A DNA stretch of 64,000 nt from Zootoca vivipara (GCF_963506605.1 NC_083279.1:73656001-73720000); one strand, 5' to 3'. Positions 37,397 through 49,765 are shown, numbered from the stretch's first letter. A program made the numbers and translations. Notes: generated by a model not told the origin, from the letters alone.

Positions 37397-37399
<3 letters not shown>

Positions 37400-40300
37400 C
37401 GAGGAAGGAAGAAAAGAACTGAATGAGTCTATGGGATGTTTTCTATCATATTTATGTTTATGTTCATACATAACACTTCCATGCATCATCTGTTATCTTT
37501 TCCCAGTGCCTCCCTGTCGCTATATATTTCCTTCCTCTGGAAAGAAGCATCTAGACTGACTTGTGGGCAATGCGCTGTTCATAGGTGTGGGGAGCAGAAA
37601 TTATTTTTCACTTTGACTCTGCTTGTACTGTCATGCTCTCCATCACAGCCCTCTCCATTTCTATTGCCACATTATAGACTCCCTCATTCCTCAAGCTCAT
37701 ACTTTCAAGAAAACCGTGAGGCTTGATATATTTGTGTGTGGGGTGTGAGTCAGTTTCTGCTGACGATTGCCGCGATGAGCTTGGGGAAATAAGCTGCTTT
37801 CAGGTCAACTTGGCAAAAGAAAAAAATGTTAATCTGTTTTGATCAGATGCTAAGGTCCTTATGATGGCATCAAAACACCAAGGGAAAGAGATAAACATGA
37901 AGAAGTGTCTTTCAGATCAAATTTGGGGAATGGGCCTTCAGAGGTACTTGCTTTTCTGCTGGGAAATGTGAGAACATGTATCATTTATCAACTTCATGAT
38001 TTTTCACTTTGTCTAGATAAACGTCCGTATCAAGTGAAACAAATTCCAAAGGCCCAACCAAAATCCCTGCCATTTTAGCTAAGCAATTTAGAGAACCTGC
38101 TATTTGGTCACACCTTAATGATGTGCAAGCTTTCACCAATGAAATAAAGTATCTTATTTAGGATATAATACGTACATCTGATTCCATTTAAAAATAAATC
38201 AAATCCAAAAGTTTTAAACTTGTACAGGGATAGATATGGAAGGGTACAAATAAAGCCAGAATACAGGAGCTGGTTCCAAAAGAAGGGAATGGAAATGGAA
38301 TTGAACAAATGAATGTATCACATGCAAATACGACAAGGCAAACATATTTTTAAACAACAAATTTTGGAAAGTGCATGATTCAGTGTGGTAGGATTTTGCA
38401 GTCAATTATATAAATGAAAGCAACTTGCTTTATATTCTGTTGTTTTCTGATATACAGTAATTATTACAGACAAGCTAACCTAGCATTAGACATCAAACAA
38501 AACCACCAGTCTTGGGGCACACAATTGTCAGCCAAATAAATAGATTCCCCCCTCCCCCTCAAACAATACCTCCTTCTTTCTAAGCATGGTAAGAGATTGG
38601 GCCTGCTTGTTTGCTGCTTATCTCTAAATGAGAACTTCTGTAGCCAGAAAGATCAGTGCTTCTAGTTGCTCCTGTCTGGAAGCTATCTGTGCTTGCGCTG
38701 ACCCACCAACCTAATATGGGCCAACACAATACAAAGTGTCAGAATTTCAGTTGATGGTAACTCATGAAAAGTAAGAAGAGCGAAGCCAAGGAGGGAATGG
38801 AATCAGTGTCTGCTATCCAGCTTTGGTCAAAACAATGAATTGTAGAAAGATCAGCTACATCATGCAAGTAAACTTCCTTGTAAGCGTTGTACCAGATGTT
38901 TGCTTGCCCAAATATCAGCGACCATTGTTCTTTAGAGGGGGATGAAATCAGTTCTGAAAATATCCTCTCTCTATTTTTACCTTTCCTGAGTGATGTTTGA
39001 TGATGTTCATAACCATTGTTTCCTGAGCTGCTGCTACTTTACTTCAGTTCCTCTTCTTCTCCTTCTCCTTGGAGTCATCCCAGCCAGTCAGGGACAATGT
39101 AGTAAGTTCAATGACATCACAAGTGCACATGTAGCCAAGTCTGAGTGAAGGTAATGCTTCCTAGACCACACAAATGTGTGATCCTAACCAATCAGGTGTG
39201 TAGCACTTCAATGCAGCAAAGAGGTGACAAATTGAAAATAAATGGGGAGCGAGGAAGTCACATAGTGGATGGCCTCCTTTAATGTGGTACTTTACAAGCA
39301 CTTTAAAGGCGCTGATATTTAAAGCAATTCACAGAGTAATATTATGTGATTATAAACTGTTCTTTACTTTACATATTTATGTGATTGCAAATTCCCCTGG
39401 ACTCAGCATATATAATACGGGGTGTTTGGGGGGAGGAGGAGGAGAGAGAGCATATTAAAAAGCATAAATTCAACAGACAGTATTCAGAATAATTCCCTCC
39501 TCACCTTGGCAAAGGACTAATTGAAAGGGTGCATATTCACCAGTTTATTATTTAATATTTATTTATTTAAGGTCTTTAGATACTGCTTAATCATTAGCAT
39601 TCCTACTTGGTGTACCATAAAGAAACAAACCATACAGAGATCCCAGCAAAACATATGAGATAAAAGGTTTCCTAATCTAACCCTAAGCCTTTTCCAGTAG
39701 GCCACAGAGGTTTCGCTGATGCTTCCTGAACCCAGTATAAGTGTATGAGTCAGGGATGCTCATTGGTTTGAACAACCTGAAGATTTGGGGTTTTTGTTCT
39801 GGAGCCTAAATTGCATAGGCTCCTGGCCTTACACCAGCATGTGGATTGTGTGAAGTATACAGGTGGCTTCTTTCAGGGGCCACAAGCTAAAGATGTCCTG
39901 CAATGGGAGTCCACAAGGGGAGACAAGAGGGAGGTCATCCATCTGCAATTAACCAAAAACCCCAGATTTCAATATTTCTATCATTTGTAGAACCTGAGAC
40001 ATGACGCAAAATGTACAAGCACTAATATTATTATTATTTTTTGAAGGAATGTAATATGCCACCTTCTTTCAGTTTTAAACTTTCCCCATTCCTGGAAAGA
40101 TTTCTGCAGACACATATGTACATAGCTGGCTTTTTACTGGGACATTATACAAACCAGAAAGTGATGTGGAAAGCTGGTTTCTGGATGTGCCACAGAATAA
40201 TTTAATTTTGCTTATGTACAAATGCTGAGGAAATGCATAGTCAAATAACACCACAATTATTCGTTGAAACCAAGTTCCAGGAATTAAAAAAAAACATATT

Positions 40301-40699
40301 CTGAAAGCTAAGTTTTCCCTTGCAATGTGACAAGCCCTATTTATAAAGCAATTAAATATGAACATGTATTTCACACAGCAAATCAAAGTGGAGGCAATCT
40401 GGCATTGTGGGTATCCGGTTTAATGTCGCAAGACAAAACTTAACCTTTGGAATAACCCTAATGTGGATGTTGTTTCTCATAATCTTAATAATTGTTGCAT
40501 TAAAACTAGCTTTGCATGAACTCAAATTCTTTTCTTTCTTGTTGGAAGGTTTAAAAAGAACTCTCTGTAGCTTTTATAGCTTGTTACGTGTATAAGCATT
40601 GCAAAATCAATGAGTTAAATTTCCAGAGACTATTCACCTTAAGTGTTATAAGTCCACCTAGTCATAATGCAAAGGTCAGACTTAACTCACAAAGAGGTA

Positions 40700-40933
40700 C
40701 CGTGTTTCTCATATTATAAGACATGTCTTATATTTATTTTTTCCTCAAAAAAACACACTATGGCTTATTTTCAAGGGATGTCTTATTTTTTCGCTCCTCC
40801 TCCTGCTGCGGCCGGCATTGCTGCTGCGCCTATCACTATGTCTTATTTTCGGGGTATGGCTTATATTCCCTGAATGCTTAAAATCCTGCTATGGCTTATT
40901 TTATGGGTATGTCTTAAAATATGAGAAACAGGG
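40700..40933. mobile_element. Tc1/mariner-pogo (Tc2-like) MITE
   Basis: TA flanks; TIRs CCGTGTTTCTCATATTATAAGACAT / ATGTCTTAAAATATGAGAAACAGGG; internal repeats of TATG(G/T)CTTATTTT. Confidence 0.9.
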
Positions 40934-41204
40934 TATTGTTTGAATAGTTTTTTGTTTTGCTTTTTGTTAACACCTATTGGATCGTGGCTCACCCACGTGT
41001 TCCATATGAGAGGAAACGCTCAGGGGTGCCATTCAGGAAGGATGGGGGGGGGCAGTCTTCCTCTTCCACTATTTCAGATGGTGTGTATTTGTTGGAAGCA
41101 GTTATTCTTCTAGTTATGATGAGTTGCACATATGCAAACCAGAGGAGAAAGCTCCAGGCTCTCATAAGGTGTGTGAGATGCAGCTGAACTTTCAATAATA
41201 TGTT

Positions 41205-42072
41205 TAGATACTTCATCTATGATGGAAAGTTTACAACATGGCTTATGGCCTTTCAGTTTAAAGAAAAGTTGAGTAAGAAACAACATGGTAGATGTGTATA
41301 AAGTTATGCATGGCATGGGAAAAAGCAGATAGAGAAAAAGTTTTCTTTCTCTCTCATAACACGTTGACAAAGGGACATACCATGAAGCTGAAACCTCAGC
41401 GATGCCTTATGAGGAACGGCTTAGGGAGCTGGGTATGTTTAGCCTGGAGAAGAGAAGGTTAAGGGGTGATATGATAGCCATGTTCAAATATATAAAAGGA
41501 TGTCATATAGAGGAGGGAGAAAGGTTGTTTTCTGTTGCTCCAGAGAAGCGGACACGGAGCAATGGATTCAAACTACAAGAAAGAAGATTCCACCTAAACA
41601 TTAGGAAGAACTTCCTGACAGTAAGAGCTGTTCGGCAGTGGAATTTGCTACCAAGGTGTGTGGTGGAGTCTCCTTCTTTGGAGGTCTTTAAGCGGAGGCT
41701 TGACAGGCATATGTCAAGAATGCTTTGGTGGTGTTTCCTGCTCGGCAGGGGGTTGGACTGGATGGCCCTTGTGGTCTCTTCCAACTCAACGAGGGAAGAC
41801 AGTATTTCTCCACACACCATATAGTTAAACTATGAAAATTGCTCCCATATGAGGCAGTGATGGCCATAAACTTGAATGGCTTTAAAAGCAGATTAGACCA
41901 ATTCAAGGAGGATAGGGCCACCAATGGCTGCCCACCCTGATGGCTACGTTCCACCTCCGTTGATGGAGACAACAATGCTTCTGAATACCAGTTGCTGGAA
42001 GCCACAGGAAAGGAGACTGTTTTTGTGCGCAGGTCCTGCTTGCAATCTCAAAGGTATCTAGTTGGCCACTGT
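41205..42072 (+). mobile_element. Old CR1 3' region, split by a young CR1
   Basis: GTGTATAAAGTTATGCATGG..CTCTCTCATAAC..CCATGAAGCTGAA, then after the insert ATAGTTAAACTATG..GAGGCAGTGATGGCC..GAATACCAGTTGCTGGAA..GTTGGCCACTGT. Confidence 0.8.
41401..41787 (+). mobile_element. Young CR1 fragment lacking its 3' terminal repeat
   Basis: ORF 41402.. is nearly identical to the copy at 48-465; similarity ends abruptly at TTCCAACTC with no ATTCTATG tail. Confidence 0.93.
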
Positions 42073-42151
42073 ATAATGTTTAATGTTTTAATATGTTTTT
42101 ATATATTCTGGAAGCTGTCCAGTGTGGCTGGGGCAACCCAGTCAGATGGAC

Positions 42152-42206
<55 letters not shown>
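42072..42206 (+). mobile_element. L2-type 3' tail with (AAT)n microsatellite
   Basis: GGAAGCTGTCCAGTGTGGCTGGGGCAACCCAGTCAGATGG followed by an AAT run at 42152-42206. Confidence 0.75.
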
Positions 42207-42207
<1 letters not shown>

Positions 42208-43333
42208 GAGATGGTCCACTGCCCTGATTCATCAGTTTCTTCTTAGGTTCTTTCTGGTAGTTTTGCTGGTGAAACCCTAGATCTGCTGCTGAAATCTAAT
42301 ATAAATAGCTGCCTTTATATAAAGCCGCTGAAGGATAGAAGAACCAGACAAAACACACCTAACTACACCCCCACACACTGTTCTCCCCATTTTGCAAATA
42401 CTGGTAACTGTCACTCTAAAATACAGTTAGCGTTTAGATTCTAATGTGCATTGTTCTTTCTTTTCTTTTCTTTTTTTCTACCCCACTCTTCCTGAGAGAT
42501 GACTTGGCTTATTGGCTAGTCCTCTCTCTCGTCGCTGAGGCACTTACAGGAAGACAGAGAAGCGCATAAGAGTTGAACTTGTCAGAGGAAAGAAATTTGA
42601 TAAATGTCATCGGAATGAAAGATGATATAAATTAAAGAGGGTTCTTCTCTCTCTCTCTCTCTGCTCTCTCTCTCTGCTTTCGGTAAATGCACCTCAACAG
42701 TCACATAGCCTGCGGCAAAATCTGACAAGCTAAGCAGAGGTAAGGGATATACACTACTTAGAAAGGAGTTCCTCCGCAGCTCCTCAACCACAAGGAAATT
42801 CCTAGTGCTTGAGCAGGTTGCGTTCTTTCATCTCAGTCTGCACATACACAATGTATTTTGATGGAGATCATAATCCCATTAGGGTACCTGTTGCATTTCC
42901 CCCCTTGAAAAATACCAGTAGCAGTATTTAATATCTTTTAAATATTTATACATGCCATTTGCTCACTTGATTTCTAAGGAGGCTTAAAGACAATACAAGA
43001 ATATGATACAGAGCAATTCAGATAAGTGCAATCAACAGCAGAACAGCCCCATCAGAAACAACACAATTATTGTGGATTAAAAAGCTTGATCAAAGAAAAG
43101 AGCCTTTACCACATTGTGCTGAGACAAAGGAAAGTGGTTCACCAAGCAAACATTATGGGAATGGTGTTTGATAACTGAGGTCTTTCCCCAGACCACATAC
43201 ACATGTATGAACATGCCTATGTTTTTGAAGTTTTCAGCTGAGGCTCTCTGTTGAAGCTAGCACCAGAGAAAAGGCCTTTCCTACAGTGGCATGCTGATAA
43301 ATGGGCATAGATTGGCCCAGTGTTGTTGTGTCA

Positions 43334-43402
43334 TGCATTGCAGGAGCCTGGACTAGATGACTCTCAGGGTGCCTTTCAACTCCATCATTCTATGATTCTA
43401 TG
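43334..43402 (+). mobile_element. CR1 extreme 3' end
   Basis: TGCATTGCAGG..TGGACTAGATGAC..ATTCTATGATTCTATG. Confidence 0.8.
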
Positions 43403-44109
43403 TGATGGCAGCAGGGCAGCTCAGGCTCCAACAGATCCTGACCTGTCTCAAACTGGCTCTGCCTCTCCCCACCCCTGAAATCCCTCCTTTCAGGAGTTTC
43501 TTCTGCCTGACAAAAACAAAACAAAACAACAACAAAAAACTTCATCAAATTGCAAGTTTCACTGGAAAAAAGTGCAACTTGCACTCTGTTGGAGAAAATG
43601 GGTGCCATTCTGCATAAATAAACAGAAAAGATGGTAACAAGAAAGATTAACAACAGAAATAGCATGAACAGTGAATTATTCTCAGGTTGTATCAGGGCAT
43701 TCCCCCCCCCTTTGCTTTTTTAAAAAAGGACACACAACTTCACCTATTTGTTTCAATCTGAGTCAAGAAACGCACACGCACGCACACAAACAAACAAACA
43801 CCTCTTTCCTCCTCACTCAGTCGTGCCTCTATCAACCCAAACTCTCTGACTCACATCTTCACAAGTGCACCCACAGCAGGAATTAGAACAGGTGACTGCT
43901 GTGGCTTCCAGGTTGGGGCTGCTCTAATCCATTTCTGATGGGGAAACAGCCTGTGTAGCAGTGCCATGCTTCAATGGATCATTTTTACAGGGCGCTGCCT
44001 TGATGTGCTTGTTTCTTCCACTCATTTAGTTTCCACTTTCCAAGCTATTGCAGGTGCTTTATCCCCAGGAATATAGCTCGTCTATTTTGTTGCTTACTGT
44101 GGAAACACA

Positions 44110-44260
44110 AAGCACTGGATGAATGGCTACAGGTGGCCTGGGGGGCTCTCGGGAGACTTGGATTCATAACTCTACCATAGGCTTATTTCAGGCACGTCCT
44201 TTCATCTCTGTTCGCTTCTATTTCTCCATCTGTAAATTTGGGCCTGTAATGAATACTGCG
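44110..44260 (+). mobile_element. Ancient MIR/CORE-SINE remnant
   Basis: CATCTCTGTTCGCTTCTATTTCTCCATCTGTAAATTTGGG resembles the MIR core CTCAGTTTCCTCATCTGTAAAATGGG. Confidence 0.35.
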
Positions 44261-44490
44261 GGCCAAAAGGGGGTCATGTTGATAAATGCACAGAGGGCCT
44301 TTCCAGACAATTTATGGCATGGCAAATAAAACAGTTGCTGCTCATTTTCTGGGTATGCTGTGTTGATGGTCCCTTTCTTTGGGGATCAGCTTCAGTTTCA
44401 AACATGCCATGTTTTCTTTATCACTAAAACAACTCTTTCCACCCCCAAAATGTGGTACCACAGCAGTTTGGAATGCCGAGGTGTGTCTTC

Positions 44491-44771
44491 AGCTTCCCCA
44501 AAGAATTTTGGGAATCGTGGGTTGTTAAGGGTGCTGAGAGTTGTTGTGAGAAGCCTATTTCACTCACAGAGCTACAGTTCCAAGAGTTCTCAAGAAAGAG
44601 GGATTGATTGTTAAGCCATCCTGAGAATTGTTGCTCTGTGAGGAGAATAGCAGTCTCTGAACAACTCTCAACACCCTTTAACAAATCACAGTTCCCAGAA
44701 TTCTTTGGAAGAAGCCATGACTGTTTAAAGCAGCAGGATACAGTTTTAAATGTATTGTGCAGGTTGGGCCT
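44491..44771. mobile_element. Long palindromic MITE (Harbinger-like), left end decayed
   Basis: Inverted arms CTTCCCCAAAGAATTTTGGGAA..TTAAGGGTGCTGAGAGTTGTT..CTCACAGAGC / GCTCTGTGAG..AACAACTCTCAACACCCTT..TTCCCAGAATTCTTTGGAAGAAG. Confidence 0.75.
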
Positions 44772-46034
44772 TTAAATGGCAAGAAAATACTAGTAAAGGG
44801 AAAAGGCCAGCTAGAATTGTGTTCCCTTTCAGGTGGTTAGGAATGGAACTGAGGAAAATCTGTTTAAAGATGTTCCCTGTCTTAAAACAGATTAAATGAG
44901 CGGCCAGACTGGGCAGGGAAAACCTTAGAATTAAAAATAAAATTTTAAGAGACAGTTCAGAGGAGGCCAATTTTCAGCAGGACTGCAACATGAATGATGG
45001 TTTAACACTTCCCTTACAGCTGTGATCCCAATGAAAATTGTTTGCCTCCCCCTTGCTCCACTAATATCCTATTGGAATCCTCTACGGATAAAGCATGTTT
45101 TGCATGTCCAATATTACATTAATCTAAATGTGCATTCTGGATTGCGGCCATTCCCACTATGTCTTTAACCCTGAGTGTCTTCTGTAGTGGAAAACATTAC
45201 CAATCTCAGAATGAACTGTGCTGTGTGATTGAGAACTGTGGATGGCCTTGGGAGAGTTCAGCTCAGCTACACATACAGCAATGACTCCATAACTGCTGGA
45301 TCCATTTATTCTCCAGTATGCACACATGCAAAATTAGTGCATTTTCCTAATCTCATTCATGACTCTTGTGGTGAAAAGTTGTTTGAACACTCCAGGGCCA
45401 GGTCACACCTGCTGAGATCTTCAGCTAGTTAGCTTGATTTCTGAATTAGCAGAAAGAAGATTTCATGCTGTTTTGTATTTTTCTGTACTCCTTTCTGCTT
45501 TGTTTTACCAGAATGGTATTTTCATGTTCCTTAAGTCGTGTTAAACTTTCCAACTCCTTTGCCCTTTCCGCTCAATGGTCTTGTGTTTGAGGGTTTTCTT
45601 TGGGGTGGTAGTGATAGTGGCCTCCTTGAAAGAACAATGAGGGCAGAAACTGAATTTGTATCCATTATGCTGCTGTTAAAACAGCAATGAGTACATGTTA
45701 TTAGCCTATTGTATCACCCATTATGCTTTAGCAGATAATAACAGTCTGAGTGTCCTAGTATTTACTACTTTTGAAGCACTTTGATTGTGAAGGTGATCAT
45801 GACAGAGTGATGTCAAGGAGTAGCTGAAACAAGAAAGCTGCTTTTTTAAACCGCACAGCGATCTTTCCCCCCCTCTTCTGATTAAACTTATATATACAGT
45901 CATCAGCAGAGTGTCTGAATTTAACACCTTGACTAGAGAATCACACATGCCTCACTGCCAGGATATCAATACACAATGGAAAGAACCTGAGTGAGTCCAT
46001 TCCTGCTTGGGATGTTGGGGCATTCCGTCCTCTG

Positions 46035-46232
46035 GACAAGGGCCATAGCTTAGAGACAGAGCATCTGCTTTGCATGCAGAAGGTCCCAGTTTCAATCCCC
46101 AGCATCTCTAAGCAGGACTGTGAATGTGCTCTGGGTCTGGAGTCCTGGAGAGCTGTGGCCAATAAGTGTAGACAATACGGAGATGGATGGGCCATTGGTT
46201 TGACTTGGAATAAGGCAGCTTCCAATGTTTCT
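46035..46232 (+). mobile_element. tRNA-derived SINE with CR1-like tail
   Basis: GGGCCATAGCT..AGAGCATCTGCTTTGCATGCAGAAGGTCCCAGTTTCAATCCCC..ATAAGGCAGCTTCCAATGTT. Confidence 0.8.
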
Positions 46233-47022
46233 GTGTATAAATTAGATACCTACAGAAGATACGTAGAGCATCTTAGATACCTCCTCCCAATCTACAAATC
46301 AGATCATTTAGACTCAGAGGGAGTACATAGATGTGCTTGCTATACCAACACCAGCCTTCACCGTGGCTGTGCTGGCTGGGGCTGATGAGAATTGCAGCCT
46401 CAAATATCTGGAGGATGACAGGTTGGTAAAGGCTGGTCTGCTTAGAGATTATTGGAGCTAAGTGGTTTATAAATTGTTTAAAAATGAAATGAACTGAATA
46501 AAAATGGAGAGAGGAAGGGAAGGGAGAGTGAGGAAGAACTGTTTGTGGCAGAGCTTCTGGGGGGAAATAATAGTAGATTAACAAAGATTAAGCTAAGCAA
46601 AATTCTGAATTCTTTAAACGAACTAAACTTTCTGGTTCAGTCTGCAGCATATTGGTTTGATCTATTTCTATAGCAAGAACACTCCCAGGATCTACTTTGT
46701 TGGGCTCAGTGTGTGATGCCGACAATCAGTTTTTAAATAAAAGATCATGAAACTGTTGTGTTTCAAGTAACAAACTCTTCCTTGGTGATAAGCAATACAA
46801 CAGCTGCTCTGTGAGCTCCATGGAGCTGTGTTGTTGTCAGGATATAAAGTTTAAAACAAACAAACAAAGTGATTTGATGTAAAATGTGCACTGTCTTTTT
46901 TTGATCGCTCTCATGTAGCTTTCATGACAGGAAGAGAGGCAGAAATTCAACCAGGGCAGTTTTCCTTCATGGAGATGAAGTGGTGAAAGCTTCATTTCTC
47001 ACACATCTATTAAAAGCACACA

Positions 47023-47159
47023 TGGGCATCCCCAAACTTCGGCCCTCCAGCTGTTTGGGGACTGCAATTCCCATCATCCCCGACCACTGGTCCTGTTAGC
47101 TAGGGATCATGGGAATTGTAGGCCAAAACATCTGGAGGGCCGAAGTTTGGGGATGCCCG
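47023..47159. mobile_element. Palindromic hAT MITE (1959 family)
   Basis: 27-bp perfect arms GGGCATCCCCAAACTTCGGCCCTCCAG / CTGGAGGGCCGAAGTTTGGGGATGCCC; no TSD match. Confidence 0.88.
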
Positions 47160-47452
47160 GTCTAGCATCCTGCTTCCTATTGTGGCCATCCAAAAGTATC
47201 CTGGACACTCAAAAGCATTTCTTAAAGGCAATAACCCCTCCAATGGCTGCTTCCCGCTATTGGTATTTACAAGCATAATGCGTTGGAATATAGAGACTCT
47301 ATACAGGATACTCTAAATGAAATTGTTGTGTGGGTATGAAATAAATAACACAGTTGTTATAGATAATAGCCACATATGAAATATGCACAAGAGGCTCAGC
47401 AGATAAAGAAATGCCAACCCTTCTTATGGCATTGCAATAAACCACCCAATAA

Positions 47453-47743
47453 GCCCCAATACCTCAAGGACTGCCTCTCCCCATATGAACCAATCTGGAC
47501 CATGCAATTGTTGTCTGAGGCCCTTCTCTGTGTACCCCTTCCACAGGAAGCCTGGAGGGTAGCAACCCAGGAGCGGGTCTTTTCAACGGGTGGCTTCCCA
47601 TTTGTGGAATTCTCTCCCCACAGATGCTTGCCTGGTGCCACCATTACTTATATTTAGGCTCAGGGAAATAAGTTTATTTTCTTTCAAGCCTTTGGCTTTT
47701 GATTAACTATGGCCTAATTCAGTGGGTGGGATGTTTTAATCTG

Positions 47744-47784
<41 letters not shown>

Positions 47785-47895
47785 AGTTTAATATTTTTTG
47801 TGTTTTGTTTGAGTGCTAGTTTTAATGTATGTGCAATTTATTTATTGTTCTAAGTTGCTTTCACTTACCTCAGTATACAAAAAAGTGACTAATAA
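47453..47895 (+). mobile_element. L2 LINE ORF2 C-terminus and 3' UTR, containing (TA)n at 47746-47782
   Basis: PQYLKDCLSPYEP..SEALLCVP..RVATQERVFS resembles the squamate L2 terminus. Confidence 0.8.
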
Positions 47896-48509
47896 GAAAT
47901 ATTAATGATAATAATGTTAACAATAGTGCAGGGATGTGCAACTGGGCTCCATAGCTTGACATCTAGTGCATGTTATACAGGACATCCAGACCTGCAAGCT
48001 TTCATGTTCCAGGTCCCACAAGCACTTTTATTGCAAGATTAAGTCTAAAGTTGCCTTTGATGTCTGTTTTGAATTGTATAGCTGAAAGGAAGTCACCTTC
48101 CAAAATTATCAGAATCTTCATTGTGAATTTTGCTAAATGATCACAGAGAGAACATTCAACATCACCAGTACTTGACATGTACCTTACTTGGTATTTAATT
48201 CCAGTCTTTGATTTCTTACAGCGTTTGGTACTTACAATGTAATGATAATAGCTTCTGACAATGATTTTGGATCTTTGACAGTATTTGATAGTTGATAGCC
48301 AATGGTAATTGATTTGACACCTGCCATGCGATAGCTGACACTATTGAATACATAAGTTGATATTTGATGACTGATATTTGACTTTCAGGGGTGAGTTTAG
48401 CCCATGCATTCAGATGCCAGATTTTTGAAATTTCATTTCAAAATGATTAAGGAAATACCTCAGTATACAAGATAAACCAAAATCATCAAATTAAAAATAT
48501 ACGTCTAAT

Positions 48510-48598
48510 AGAGCAATTCTAGGCATGTTTACTCAGAAGTAAGTTCCACCATGTTATCTGGGGCTCACATCCATGTACGTGTTTACAAGATTGCTGCC
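48510..48598. mobile_element. Small decayed palindromic MITE
   Basis: GCAATTCTAGGCATGTTTACTCAGAAGTAAGT...AAGATTGCTGCC; similar remnants near 9190, 18200, 24590 and 52703. Confidence 0.5.
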
Positions 48599-48719
48599 AT
48601 AGGACTCTTGGTGTCAAGAATTCAGTTATGGTCAAATTTCAAAGTCAGATTTTGAATATTAACATAAAGATTAATTCCTCCATTGGAAGTTGCCTGAATA
48701 ATATTTAGAGCATTGTAAA

Positions 48720-48836
48720 TCTCAGTACTGTTGAGTTTGGCAGCGATTCAGCAGGATGACGGACAAATGCTAAAATTGAGCCTGGGACCTTCTGCATGCA
48801 AAGCAGATGTTCTACCACAGAGCTATGACCCACCCC
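48720..48836 (-). mobile_element. tRNA-derived SINE 5' part
   Basis: TTGAGCCTGGGACCTTCTGCATGCAAAGCAGATGTTCTACCACAGAGCTATG is the reverse complement of the head at 46035. Confidence 0.75.
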
Positions 48837-49610
48837 ATTCTTCACAGAGTCTGATTTTTCTCAGTACCATGTTTCAGCTTTACTAAATTTCTAGCTTCAG
48901 AAACTCCAACTTTTCTAATTAAATTAAATGCAGGCATTGATAACATTTGCCTTAGCCACTATTCCCTGCTCCCTGCTCCACAACAATCATACCTAATCAG
49001 TTTCCAACCCTAATCTATTTTCATCTGCCCAGTCCTTGTGCCTTTGCTTTGGAAATTCGATTCTGCATACTAGCAAGCTAGTGGCTTCCCAGTTCTCTGC
49101 AATGCATAGAATCTCATCGTCAAATTCTATATTTTGGATGATAGGCCACATTTTCCCATCGCCTCGGAGAGATTGGTCTCTCTGGCAGAATTAACAAATA
49201 CAGCAGCTGGAGCTAAGTATAACAGGCCTGATTCCAACACCTATTAGACTCGATACAAACATTTACATTGGCCTCACTGGGCACTGCATCATTGGTATTG
49301 GACAAATGCTGCTCCATCCAAAATGTTTCAGCCCAGCAGCTTGCCCCCTCCTCAGGAGGAGCCCCATTGTTGGAGATTTGTTCATCTATTTGAGCTTTGA
49401 TTTTCATCTTGGATGCACCCAGACAAAATAAATGTATTTTCCACCCAACATAAAACTGTAAAGACAACAGACATCATGGAACAAAGTCAGATTGTGTTAG
49501 GATTTCCATGCTCCATGGAACTATTTAGCTATAGGTAATTGTTAAGATTTCATTCGTGTTTTCAACAACCTTTCATTTAGAGGAGAGTTGCCAGGCACTC
49601 TTGTCTGAGA

Positions 49611-49765
49611 AGTGTATCTGAAGAAGTGTGCATGCACACAAAAGCTCATACCAAAAAGCTCATACCAATGACAAACTTAGTTGGTCTCTAAGGTGCCACT
49701 GGAAGGATTTTTATTATTATTATTTTTCGACTATGGCAGACCTACACAGCTACCTACCTGTAACT
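49611..49765 (+). mobile_element. Penelope-like element terminal fragment with mutated minimal hammerhead motif
   Basis: GTAT-CTGAAGA-A-GTGTG-CATG-CACAC-AAAA-GCTC-ATAC, followed by TTAGTTGGTCTCTAAGGTGCCACTGGA..GGCAGACC.ACACAGCTACC, typical of reptile Penelope ends. Confidence 0.85.

Noticed and set aside
41394-41800. Restriction-site-like motifs (CCTCAGC, GAAGAC) flanking the young CR1, suggesting engineered sequence
   Set aside because: 6-7 bp motifs occur often by chance in 64 kb, and no vector or adapter sequence is present.
46035-46110. tRNA gene-like sequences (also at 36541, 60436, 17128, 25423)
   Set aside because: Degenerate SINE heads that continue into SINE bodies; no intact cloverleaf.
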